Assembly (NCBI GenBank): GCA_903915615.1
Contig: CAIWTR010000646.1
Coordinates: 1-43,354 of the forward strand
Direction: 5' to 3'
DNA: 43,354 bases
DNA from: an uncultured Armatimonadetes bacterium
Lineage (GTDB): Bacteria > Armatimonadota > Armatimonadia > Armatimonadales > Armatimonadaceae
Shown here: positions 8,962-17,562 of the stretch, in pieces
Numbering within the stretch: the stretch's first letter is position 1
Layout of the letters: each line of letters starts with the position of its first letter
The notes under the pieces: generated by a model
What the model saw: the letters and a program-made list of their open reading frames with translations, nothing else
Told to the model about the DNA's origin: nothing
Databases searched by the model: none
Made by a program: the position numbers and the translations under genes

Positions 8962-9680
8962 GGTTGCGATGCTCCTTGCGTTACAGGATTGGTAGATGTC
9001 ACATCACTGCTCGAGATAACAACGACAAACTGATGAAGCTGGTCCGATGACTCATCGGTCAGGCGGTATAGAACCTTGACTGCCGCCGGGAGCCGCCTTG
9101 TGCCAGCACTTGTATCCCACTCACTCAGCCACTGCGAACCATCCCAGAACTGAAACCCTACCTCGGTAACATCGGGGCTGACCAAAGACTCAAAGCCACC
9201 TTGCAGCGGATCGGCATCAACAGGGCGCTGCACGCGCTCAAACAATCCAGTTGCATTACCAGCATCGCCTGTCGCAACCGTCCCATAGGAATACTCAGCA
9301 AGACCGCCCAGCGGACCATAGGTTTCATGAACATCATCAAAGGTCAGCTCTGCATCGAGAGATCCGCCTGGGATGAAGGAATAACCCGATGTAAACGAAA
9401 GACGCGTTGCCCCAAGGTCGCTTGTTGCATCATCCGAGGATGCGACAAAGAAGGACTTCGTATCGTTGGCATCCGCGCTCAACGATGCGCATGACAGAGA
9501 TTGACGCAAACCGGATGTCCAGTCTGACTTGCTCTGCTCTGTTTGCAGCACTCGTTGAGAAAAATAGAGGTGATCGACTCCAGCCCGGAATGCCACTGCA
9601 GATGCAGCCACGACGATGCCGCCGATGCCCATGGCAACGAGAACTTCTATCAGCGTTAGACCTGACTGGCATCGCCTCAC
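8958..9680 (-). CDS. Minor pseudopilin, GspJ-like (prepilin-type N-terminal cleavage/methylation domain)
   Basis: N-terminus MRRCQSG/LTLIEVLVAMGIGGIVVAA. At 240 aa and positioned between the I-like and K genes. GTGA overlap. Confidence 0.7.
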   Translation of the reverse strand: MRRCQSGLTLIEVLVAMGIGGIVVAASAVAFRAGVDHLYFSQRVLQTEQSKSDWTSGLRQSLSCASLSADANDTKSFFVASSDDATSDLGATRLSFTSGYSFIPGGSLDAELTFDDVHETYGPLGGLAEYSYGTVATGDAGNATGLFERVQRPVDADPLQGGFESLVSPDVTEVGFQFWDGSQWLSEWDTSAGTRRLPAAVKVLYRLTDESSDQLHQFVVVISSSDVTSTNPVTQGASQP

Positions 9681-10066
9681 GGTTGTCCACCTGTTCCTGT
9701 GGTTGACGTCGAGGATGAATCAAACACAATCGTTGAGAGAGACTGCTGGGAGACCGCATCCGTGGCAGTGATGGTCACCACAAAGGTGCCTTCAACAGTG
9801 CCTGGTTGGACATCGATGTTGTAGCTGGCATCCGGGGCTCCGTCGTCCGCAAAGTCACCATCTGTGGGCGTCTCCGTTACGGGCGATGTAACTCCGATCT
9901 CTTCGATTTTGTTCGCTGCCAATCGGAGGAGACGTTCCGAATGGACGGCATTGATGTTTGTTTTCTGCAGGGATGCCAGAGCCTGCATCGCAGCAACGAC
10001 ACCAACGCCACAAAGTATTACCGCGACCATCGCTTCGACAAGCGTAAATGCACGCCTACTGTGCAT
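9677..10066 (-). CDS. Minor pseudopilin, GspI-like
   Basis: The internal ATG at 10064-10066 gives MHSRRA/FTLVEAMVAVILCGVGVVAA (129 aa). The ORF-track start at 10153 would add 29 residues upstream of the prepilin leader and overlap the upstream gene by about 100 nt. Confidence 0.7.
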   Translation of the reverse strand: MHSRRAFTLVEAMVAVILCGVGVVAAMQALASLQKTNINAVHSERLLRLAANKIEEIGVTSPVTETPTDGDFADDGAPDASYNIDVQPGTVEGTFVVTITATDAVSQQSLSTIVFDSSSTSTTGTGGQP

Positions 10067-10598
10067 TGTCAGGGACCCAGTCACCGGCAGCCCATTTACC
10101 GCCTGAAGCCTGCGCATCCGGTAGGTTATCCTGCGTAAACCAGGTTGCTGCACCCGTCTTTGTCACACGGAGAATCAGACTGCTTCCTGTGTCGGTTGTG
10201 AATGTCAGGTCAGCAGCATCACATTGACCATCCGCGTAGGCGGACCAGTTATCGAGAGGCTGCGGATCTCCGTTAGCCTCAACCGGCGGCGTCTCGACAG
10301 ATTCCAGTGTCAGCTTTCCATTGAACGTGGATGACCTGATCTCGGTAGGGTCTTGGGAACCTTGAACACTTTCCATCACCAGCGTTCCACTGTCATCACG
10401 CAACCGAACCGTAACGGAAGCCTTCTTTGCCTCGGACATCGCTTGTGCGACAAACACAACAACATTTGACTTAGCGGTGACCATTGCCATGGCATCCTGC
10501 ATCCGCATCACATTGGGAATCACCAATGTCGCAAGCAAGAGAAGGATGCCAATGAGAACTGACATCTCTACCAGGGAAAAAGCCCTTCGCCTAGTCAT
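10056..10598 (-). CDS. Minor pseudopilin, GspH-like
   Basis: N-terminus MTRRRA/FSLVEMSVLIGILLLLATLVIPN. At 180 aa and immediately downstream of gspG. Confidence 0.7.
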   Translation of the reverse strand: MTRRRAFSLVEMSVLIGILLLLATLVIPNVMRMQDAMAMVTAKSNVVVFVAQAMSEAKKASVTVRLRDDSGTLVMESVQGSQDPTEIRSSTFNGKLTLESVETPPVEANGDPQPLDNWSAYADGQCDAADLTFTTDTGSSLILRVTKTGAATWFTQDNLPDAQASGGKWAAGDWVPDNAQ

Positions 10599-10609
10599 GA
10601 TGTGACGAA

Positions 10610-11038
10610 CTATTCGCTCGTGATGTCAGCGGCATCACCTTCGCCACCGGGAGCCATGTCTGAGCCGTAGCTAGTGATGACAAAGTCTTGTCCGTTAGAA
10701 CCTGGAGCTTCATAAGCATAGTCACCGCCCCAAGGGTCCTGTGGGAGTTCCTTCTGGCTGTAAGGTCCACGCCAGCCGTTGACGTTGCTCGGTTGCTGCC
10801 GAAGAGACATCAGGCCATCTTCGGTACTTGGATATTGATCGCAGTCCACTCTGTACTGCTGAAGCATTCCAGTAAGTGTCGAGATATCCGTCGCAGCCTT
10901 GGCGCGCTTTGCATCACCGGTTCGGCCAACAACCCGGGGAACGATAAGCGCAGCAAGAATCGCGAGAATAAGGATGACGACCAAAAGCTCAATGAGCGTA
11001 AAGGCGCGCCGTGAACGTAAGTTTCGCATGATTTTCAT
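10610..11038 (-). CDS. gspG: T2SS major pseudopilin GspG
   Basis: [43 protein letters not shown]...YPSTEDGL..L...P....WRGPY....LPQDPWGGDYAYEAPG..GQDFVITSYGSDMAPGGEGDAADI. This is a full-length GspG-type pattern that includes the C-terminal Asp/Gly calcium-loop-like region. Confidence 0.93.
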   Translation of the reverse strand: MKIMRNLRSRRAFTLIELLVVILILAILAALIVPRVVGRTGDAKRAKAATDISTLTGMLQQYRVDCDQYPSTEDGLMSLRQQPSNVNGWRGPYSQKELPQDPWGGDYAYEAPGSNGQDFVITSYGSDMAPGGEGDAADITSE

Positions 11039-12255
11039 TTCACCAAGTTACCTGCCATAAAGATTGGTATCAAAACAGAAAGAACGACAAATCCAACAAA
11101 AACACCCATTGATAGCATGATTGCGGGCTCCAGAAATGAGACGAGCCGCCGCATCCCGGTATCCACTTCAAAGTCCATCGAATCGGAGACCCTGCCTAAC
11201 ATCCGAGGTAAGTCACCCGTTTCCTCACCAATCGCAACCATGTGCGTAAGGACCGGAGGAAAACAACGGGCATCGCGGAGAGCATCCGCAATCGCACGCC
11301 CTTCACGCACCTCTTGTTCAACTTTTTTGCAAGCCAGCTGGTAAACACGGTTTCCACTGGAAAGTCCAGCAATCTGAAGTGCATCGAGGATGGAAACACC
11401 GCCGTAGACCAACGTACCAAGCACGCGAGCGAATCGTGAAACCGTAGCCTTCTGAACCACGGGACCCATGACCGGAACTTTCAAAATAATCGTGTCAAAC
11501 GTGGTCCGACCTGATTCTGTTGCGAGCCATGTACGAATCAGAACAACCGACCCGATGATCATCCCAATCGCAAGTGGCCACTTGGTCGACAGAAAGTCTG
11601 AAGATGTCAACAGAAAACGCGTCGTGATCGGTAGATCATCTCCTAGGTCTTTGAACACACCACTCATTTTCGGGACGACAAATCCGATCAGGAATGCAAC
11701 AACAAATACTGCAGTCGCAGCCAGAATACTCGGATAGACCATCGCACTAACGATTTGTGAGCGTCGCGCAACTTCTTTTTCCTGAAAGTCGGCAAGCCTT
11801 CCGGCGACTTCAGGAAACTGCCCGGATGCTTCACCTGATCGCAGTGTCTGTGTAAACACATCGTTGAACAGACGTGGGAATTTAGCCAGTGCCTCACTGA
11901 CAGGCATTCCACCGCGTACATCTTCGAGAACGGATGCACAGATTCCAATGAGCTGCTGATTTTCGGTTTGTTCGCCAACCACTTGAAGAACACGGTCCAG
12001 CGGAAGTCCCGCTCCCGACAGGTCTGCCAGACGACGTGTAAACGTAGCCAAATCCTCCCGGCTGGGGGCGCGACCACCCGCTGTGAAGGCAGAGACTGGG
12101 TTCGAGGATGCCTTTTGCTCGGCTATCTCTGTGACGTAGCGACCCGCAGATGCGAGCTGTGCAATGGCAGCATCCTTGTTATCCGCATCAACAATTCCCG
12201 TGCGCTTTGCACCCGTGGAATCGATGGCAATATATGTGAACTGAAGACTAGCCAT
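11035..12255 (-). CDS. gspF: T2SS inner-membrane platform protein GspF
   Basis: 406 aa with two repeated GspF-type cytoplasmic domains plus 3 TM segments (VYPSILAATAVFVVAFLIGFVVP; WPLAIGMIIGSVVLI; AIMLSMGVFVGFVVLSVLIPIF). ATGA overlap with gspG. Confidence 0.93.
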   Translation of the reverse strand: MASLQFTYIAIDSTGAKRTGIVDADNKDAAIAQLASAGRYVTEIAEQKASSNPVSAFTAGGRAPSREDLATFTRRLADLSGAGLPLDRVLQVVGEQTENQQLIGICASVLEDVRGGMPVSEALAKFPRLFNDVFTQTLRSGEASGQFPEVAGRLADFQEKEVARRSQIVSAMVYPSILAATAVFVVAFLIGFVVPKMSGVFKDLGDDLPITTRFLLTSSDFLSTKWPLAIGMIIGSVVLIRTWLATESGRTTFDTIILKVPVMGPVVQKATVSRFARVLGTLVYGGVSILDALQIAGLSSGNRVYQLACKKVEQEVREGRAIADALRDARCFPPVLTHMVAIGEETGDLPRMLGRVSDSMDFEVDTGMRRLVSFLEPAIMLSMGVFVGFVVLSVLIPIFMAGNLVK

Positions 12256-13850
12256 TAAAGTCCATCACGCTGACAAACACGCAGCACTTCTTCCGGAGTC
12301 GTCTTGCCATCCATCACAGACAGGCGGCCATCACCGAGCAAGGTACGCATTCCGTAAGCGGCAATCGCATGATCGCGTAACTGAGTACTATTTGACCGTT
12401 CAACAGTCATTCTGCGGATAGGTTCATCCACTTCGAAGAGCTCATACAGCGCCTGGCGACCCTTGTAGCCGGTGTTCTGGCATTTGTCGCATCCAGTCCC
12501 GCGCCGGAATGTGGCAGTCGCGGCCATTTCTGGTGAGACGCCGATTGCGCGTAGTGACGCAGCGGATGGCGTGTCAGGGGCGGCACAGACCGGGCATAGT
12601 CTCCTGACAAGGCGTTGGGCGACGGCACCGATAAGGGATGATGCCACGAGGTAAGGTTCCACTCCCATGTCCAGCATTCTCGTAATAGAGCCAGGAGCAT
12701 CATTGGTGTGGAGAGTACTGAATACAAGGTGGCCTGTTAGAGCTGCATGAATGGAAATCTCAGCGGTCTCATGGTCACGGATTTCTCCAACCATAATGAC
12801 ATCCGGGTCCTGACGCACGATGCTGCGCAGACCGCTTGCGAAGGTCAAACCGATGTTTGGGCGAACTTGAATCTGTGAGATACCAGTGACTTGGTACTCG
12901 ACCGGGTCTTCAATCGTCAGGATGTTTGTGGTGGGGGACCAGATCTCCTGCAGGGATGCATACAGCGTCGTTGACTTACCAGAGCCCGTAGGTCCGGTAA
13001 CCAGGACCACTCCGTATGGAGTGTGAATCAGGTCACGGTAGCGCCCAAGCAAGTCTGGCCGCATACCGAGCTCTTCCAGCCCAAGCATCGCGGTGCCCTT
13101 GTCAAGAATACGCATAACGGCACGTTCACCGAATACGGTCGGAACGATGCTGACACGGACATCGATGGCACGACCCGCAATCACAAGCTTAATACGGCCA
13201 TCCTGTGGGAGTCGCCGCTCAGCGATGTTCATCTCACCCAGAATCTTGAGGCGGGAAATCAGAGCTGCATGCATTCTCTTGGGCGGATTTAACGTGCTAC
13301 GCAGCATTCCATCAACACGGCTTCGGACCTTGACTTCGCGCTCATACGGCTCGATGTGGATATCACTTGCACCATCGCGGATCGCTTGTGCAAAAATCAG
13401 ATTGACCATCTGAACAACAGCCGTTTCACCGGCCATTTTCTGGAGGTCGGCCAAGTCTGTCGTATCGTCGATTTCGGTTGCGGCACTGCCATCGGCAGTT
13501 CCTGGGAGATCTGAGAGAATCTTTTCGAGGAAGACTTCTTCAATCAGCTCCCGGATGCGCTGCGGGTCACCGAGAACAGCCCGAACGGGTATTCCGAGAA
13601 CCATTCCAAGCTCATCCACAGCGCCCAAATTTTCCACGCTTCCAATCGCAACAAACAGAATTCCGTTTTCGCTTGCGAACGGAAGCACTTGTCTTTGAAT
13701 TGCAAATTCGGGTTGAACTGCATCCAACGCGTCCGGGGATGGTTTGATTTCATTCAAATCCACGGTCGGGAATGCATGTTCTGGGGATGTGTTGATGGAA
13801 AAGTTCATGAGCCGGGGTTGATAGACGCTAAGCGGGCGCCGCGGGTTCAA
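12255..13850 (-). CDS. gspE: T2SS ATPase GspE (GspE/PilB family)
   Basis: Walker A GPTGSGKST. Asp and His boxes are present (ILTIEDPVEY, IMVGEIRD, TGHLVFSTLHTNDA). Tetracysteine motif CPVC...CDKC. T2SSE_N-type N-domain. The start is uncertain: TTG at 13850 or ATG at 13808. Confidence 0.93.
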   Translation of the reverse strand: MNPRRPLSVYQPRLMNFSINTSPEHAFPTVDLNEIKPSPDALDAVQPEFAIQRQVLPFASENGILFVAIGSVENLGAVDELGMVLGIPVRAVLGDPQRIRELIEEVFLEKILSDLPGTADGSAATEIDDTTDLADLQKMAGETAVVQMVNLIFAQAIRDGASDIHIEPYEREVKVRSRVDGMLRSTLNPPKRMHAALISRLKILGEMNIAERRLPQDGRIKLVIAGRAIDVRVSIVPTVFGERAVMRILDKGTAMLGLEELGMRPDLLGRYRDLIHTPYGVVLVTGPTGSGKSTTLYASLQEIWSPTTNILTIEDPVEYQVTGISQIQVRPNIGLTFASGLRSIVRQDPDVIMVGEIRDHETAEISIHAALTGHLVFSTLHTNDAPGSITRMLDMGVEPYLVASSLIGAVAQRLVRRLCPVCAAPDTPSAASLRAIGVSPEMAATATFRRGTGCDKCQNTGYKGRQALYELFEVDEPIRRMTVERSNSTQLRDHAIAAYGMRTLLGDGRLSVMDGKTTPEEVLRVCQRDGL

Positions 13851-13942
13851 TATCCCACAGACATGAAAAAGATGGCAATATACTGTTTACGTTAATCTTT
13901 GGTTAATGACAGTTGTATAAATGCAGTGCAACAATAATTTTG

Positions 13943-14644
13943 ATGAATGATGCCAAAATACTTGTCGTTGACGACGAGCCAACTCTCTCGGAGGTTATTT
14001 CCTATAACCTTCGTCAGGCAGGCTATACAACGGTTACAGCTGCGGATGCAGATGAGGCATTAAGAATCTTCAAGGAAGAAAAGCCTGACCTGATTTTGCT
14101 AGATGTAATGTTGCCACAGGGCTCAGGGTTTGATGTATGCCGTTTGATCCGTCAGCAGGGCAGCAATGTTCCAATCATCATGCTCACGGCGAGGATTGCT
14201 GAATCAGACCGTGTCCTTGGTTTTGAGCTTGGAGCCGATGACTATGTGCTCAAGCCTTTTGCAACACGGGAACTGATTGCCCGCGTCAAGGCCCTTCTGC
14301 GCCGGTCCAGAACGACATCCGATGAGAATCCAGCCACCGATCTGTTGGTTTCTGCATCGCTTGGGATGACGATTGACACCGATAAGCGCTCCGTCGCCAT
14401 CAATGGCCGTGAGGTCAAGCTGTCACGTAAAGAATTCGAAGTGCTTGCTTTAATGGTCACACATCCAGGGCGTGTGTTTGAGCGGTCTGTACTGCTTGAG
14501 CGTATCTGGGGCGGTGAGTCGGTTGTCGATGAGCGTACGGTTGATGTGCATATCCGTTGGCTGCGTGAAAAGATCGAACCGGAACCATCGAAGCCTGTTC
14601 ACTTGCTGACCCTAAGGGGAATCGGTTATAAGTTTCAACCATGA
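13943..14644 (+). CDS. OmpR/PhoB-family response regulator
   Basis: Receiver domain (ILVVDDEP...DLILLDVMLP...) plus a winged-helix output domain (LSRKEFEVLALMVTHPGRVFERSVLLERIWG...VDVHIRWLREKIE...TLRGIGYKF). The start is set to the ATG at 13943 (MNDAKILVVDDE). The ORF-track start at 13913 is a TTG. Confidence 0.9.
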   Translation: MNDAKILVVDDEPTLSEVISYNLRQAGYTTVTAADADEALRIFKEEKPDLILLDVMLPQGSGFDVCRLIRQQGSNVPIIMLTARIAESDRVLGFELGADDYVLKPFATRELIARVKALLRRSRTTSDENPATDLLVSASLGMTIDTDKRSVAINGREVKLSRKEFEVLALMVTHPGRVFERSVLLERIWGGESVVDERTVDVHIRWLREKIEPEPSKPVHLLTLRGIGYKFQP

Positions 14645-15726
14645 GACCAGGATGGACATGGCTGTCCGATGCCCTCGATGTTCCGTTTCTTGTTGTTGAC
14701 AGCAAGCGCGACATTCGCCACATCAACAAGCATGCGCAGGCATTGTTTTCGCTTGAAAAGAAGCGCGGCAAGGGTTTAGTTGGAAAGTCATTGCTTGCAA
14801 TCACCAGAAACAAACAGCTGGATGAGATTGCAAAGAAGGCAATCCGTTCAGGACAAGCCGGTCCCATTTCTATCATCATCCGTTCCACCAAAGACCTGAC
14901 ATTTCAGGTAAGAGCTGTTAGCAGCGGAAGTGATTCTGCGTCGCTCGTTGCACTTTTCTTCTCAGACCTTACCGATATCGAGCACTTGCGTACGGTACGG
15001 ACGGACTTTGTTGCAAATGTAAGCCATGAGCTTCGGACGCCGCTTGCAAGCATTCGTGCGCTAGCGGAGACGCTCAATTACGGTGCAATCAATGACCCTG
15101 TGATGTCCGAGCGCTTTCTTGGAACAATCATTAAGGAAGTTGACAGGCTTGTTCGCCTCTCTGAAGATTTGCTTTTACTAACCCGTGCCGAGTCAACGGT
15201 TCGTTCACTTGGGCATTTTGACTTGCGTGATGTTGTTCAGGATGTTTACGACAGATTGGCATCTGTTGCTGATCGCAGAGGGGTTCAGTACAAGTTATCC
15301 TTGCCAGATACCCACGTTTTAATTTGCGCTGACTATTCAGAGCTTGATCAGGTTGTCTTCAATCTGATTGACAATGGCATTAAGTACACATCTCAAGGCG
15401 GATCCGTGCATATTACATGTGCTCAAGTCGGCCAGGATGCAACTCTGTCAGTTGCCGATACGGGTATTGGGATGTTGGTTGAGGACACAGAGCGTATTTT
15501 TGAGCGCTTTTGGCGCGCTGATCGCGCCCGTAAGATGGTCAACGATCAGGGAAGCACGACCAGCGGAACCGGATTAGGGCTTTCCATCGTAAAGCATATT
15601 GTCGAAGCCAATATGGGGACAATCACTGTCAAAAGTGAGCTGGGCATCGGGTCAACTTTTACGGTGAGGTTGCCAATATCGGAACCCGAACCGTATGCTG
15701 TAGACCCGGATCCCAAAGATGAATGA
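14641..15726 (+). CDS. Cytoplasmic PAS-domain sensor histidine kinase (PhoR-like core, no TM segment)
   Basis: H-box FVANVSHELRTPLASI. N, G1 and G2 boxes are present (NLIDNGIKYT, DTGIGM, GTGLGLSIV). A PAS-like region of about 110 aa lies at the N-terminus and there is no hydrophobic segment. 4-nt overlap with the regulator gene. Confidence 0.9.
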   Translation: MRPGWTWLSDALDVPFLVVDSKRDIRHINKHAQALFSLEKKRGKGLVGKSLLAITRNKQLDEIAKKAIRSGQAGPISIIIRSTKDLTFQVRAVSSGSDSASLVALFFSDLTDIEHLRTVRTDFVANVSHELRTPLASIRALAETLNYGAINDPVMSERFLGTIIKEVDRLVRLSEDLLLLTRAESTVRSLGHFDLRDVVQDVYDRLASVADRRGVQYKLSLPDTHVLICADYSELDQVVFNLIDNGIKYTSQGGSVHITCAQVGQDATLSVADTGIGMLVEDTERIFERFWRADRARKMVNDQGSTTSGTGLGLSIVKHIVEANMGTITVKSELGIGSTFTVRLPISEPEPYAVDPDPKDE

Positions 15727-16648
15727 CCAAGCACCAACCCCAATCACTGACCAAATAGCAAACTTACCCTTGCCCGTCATTATCGCTGTGATTGCTGGGG
15801 CGACATTTCTAAGATTTGTCTTCAAGAAAACCGACCATCCTTTTGCACGCGGTGTCAGCGATCTCTGTGATACGTGCGCATTTGTGCTTGCACTGGCATT
15901 CCTGATCATCCGTCCGTTCGTAGCGCAGGCGTTTTATATACCGACTGAGTCGATGGTCAATACCCTTTTAGTGAATGACCGGCTTGTTGTAGACCGGATT
16001 TCGTATCGTCTTGGTAAGCCGATGCGCGGTGACATCATTGTCTTCGATGCGCCACCAACGGCTACGAATGGTAAGAAGTTGGACTTTATTAAACGGTGCG
16101 TTGCCATCGAAGGTGACACGATCGAAGTCCAACCGCCAAAGATTTTTGCTGGTGACCGTGAGATTGATGCAATCGCGATGACTGGAATGGATTGGCACCG
16201 TCTGCTGCGTGAAATCCTCACGTCGCAAGAGGGTTCTGTAAAGTTCCTTGAAACGGGTGTAAGTGTTGATGCGGGTGCACCGATGAGCATCTCGGACTTT
16301 CAAACTCACCTGAAAACCAAGCTGCAGGAATACACCAAGACAAATGGTGCATCCCTCACGGTGACAATGGCACAGCAGCTGATTGATGCTGGCAAAGAAC
16401 TGAAGATTGTCCCTGGCCGTACGCTCATCAACGGCAAGCTAGCGCCTGAGACGTATACACGGGAAGACCCTGACTATGTGCTCCCGCTTCTTACCATCGG
16501 TAAGGATGAAGTCTTTATGCTCGGTGATAACCGAAACTTCTCACATGACAGCCATATGTGGGGACCTCTTGAGACCAGCCGTATTGTGGGCAAAGCGCAA
16601 GCGATTTGGTTCCCATTGAACCGGATTCAGCTCCTGCGGATTCCGTAG
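15719..16648 (+). CDS. lepB: Signal peptidase I (S26 family)
   Basis: N-terminal TM, then the catalytic Ser box IPTESMVNTL, GDIIVFD, the Lys box IKRCVAIEGDTI and the C-terminal box VFMLGDNRNFSHDSHMWGPL. Overlaps the kinase gene by 8 nt. Confidence 0.92.
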   Translation: MNDQAPTPITDQIANLPLPVIIAVIAGATFLRFVFKKTDHPFARGVSDLCDTCAFVLALAFLIIRPFVAQAFYIPTESMVNTLLVNDRLVVDRISYRLGKPMRGDIIVFDAPPTATNGKKLDFIKRCVAIEGDTIEVQPPKIFAGDREIDAIAMTGMDWHRLLREILTSQEGSVKFLETGVSVDAGAPMSISDFQTHLKTKLQEYTKTNGASLTVTMAQQLIDAGKELKIVPGRTLINGKLAPETYTREDPDYVLPLLTIGKDEVFMLGDNRNFSHDSHMWGPLETSRIVGKAQAIWFPLNRIQLLRIP

Positions 16649-16680
16649 AGCGGCAAGACTGATTCTCAGTCGTAGTTGCA

Positions 16681-16708
16681 GTTGGAGTCGTTGATTTCCG
16701 AGTCCAAC
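16681..16708. terminator. Imperfect stem-loop between convergent lepB and an ABC permease gene (possible terminator)
   Basis: GTTGGAGTCG-TTGATTTC-CGAGTCCAAC, with 9 of 10 bp paired and no U-tract on either side. Confidence 0.3.
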
Positions 16709-16719
16709 AATAGTCGCAT

Positions 16720-17538
16720 CTACTTTGATAGCTCTGCTGGGCCGGCGGTGCGTTTCGTTCTCACGATGAGTGCGATAAGACCGGCGAGGTAGGGCATCAT
16801 CGAAAGCAAGTCGGCATCTGCCTTTATGCCTTGTGTGGATGCAACAAGCTGGAGTGCATCCAGTGCTGCGAAAGCAATCGATGCAGCAATAACGGATCCA
16901 AGGTCCCACCGCCCGAACACAATAGCCGCAAGTGCCAGATAGCCGCGACCATTTGTCATGTTTTCAACAAATGTTCCGATACCCATCAGCGGCAGGAGAG
17001 CTCCTCCAACGCCTGCTAGTGCACCAGCTGCGATGTGAGACACCAGCTTGACACGCAATGTGTTGATTCCAAAAATCCGTGCCTGTAATGCTGATTCCCC
17101 TGTGATGTCAAGTCGTAATCGAAGCTTTGGATTTGTAAGGCACGCTATTAGGATGGCAACACAGGCGGCAGCGACAAGAACACCTGATGTTGTTGAGAGT
17201 GTTGGGACACTTTCGGCGGATGGGACAATTCGCTCACAAAATGATGTTGCAGCAAGTGCCAGCATGTTGAGTCCCACACCTGCGATGACATCCTTTACAT
17301 TTGCGCGGGTGACAAGCAGATAGTGGCAGCTGGTAACGGCGACGCCTGCAGCCAGTCCGCAGATAAGACCAGTGACTCCACCGCCGGTCCGAATGGCGAT
17401 AAACGCGGCCGTCAGCATCGTGCCTTCCAGAAACAGTGCAGCCGTCCCTGATTTTTCACAGATGAGGCCACCTGTCGCAGCCAGCATCACCGGCAGTCCA
17501 AGATTTGTCGTTGCGGCAAGCCACGGAACAAGGGTCAT
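16720..17538 (-). CDS. ABC transporter permease (CUT2/BMP-type, YufQ/NupQ-like)
   Basis: 272 aa and multi-TM. N-terminus LPVMLAATGGLICEKSGTAALFLEGTML is typical of this permease family. Confidence 0.85.
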   Translation of the reverse strand: MTLVPWLAATTNLGLPVMLAATGGLICEKSGTAALFLEGTMLTAAFIAIRTGGGVTGLICGLAAGVAVTSCHYLLVTRANVKDVIAGVGLNMLALAATSFCERIVPSAESVPTLSTTSGVLVAAACVAILIACLTNPKLRLRLDITGESALQARIFGINTLRVKLVSHIAAGALAGVGGALLPLMGIGTFVENMTNGRGYLALAAIVFGRWDLGSVIAASIAFAALDALQLVASTQGIKADADLLSMMPYLAGLIALIVRTKRTAGPAELSK

Positions 17539-17562
17539 CGTTGCAATGTACCTTTCATGGGA

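Noticed and set aside
9430-10153. Long overlapping ORFs and extended starts in the pseudopilin region (9430..9759 on the minus strand, and the 158-aa version of the GspI-like gene).
   Set aside because: Prepilin leaders are short and the FTLVE motif must sit near the N-terminus. The internal ATG at 10066 restores that geometry. The other ORF is out of frame within gspJ/gspI.
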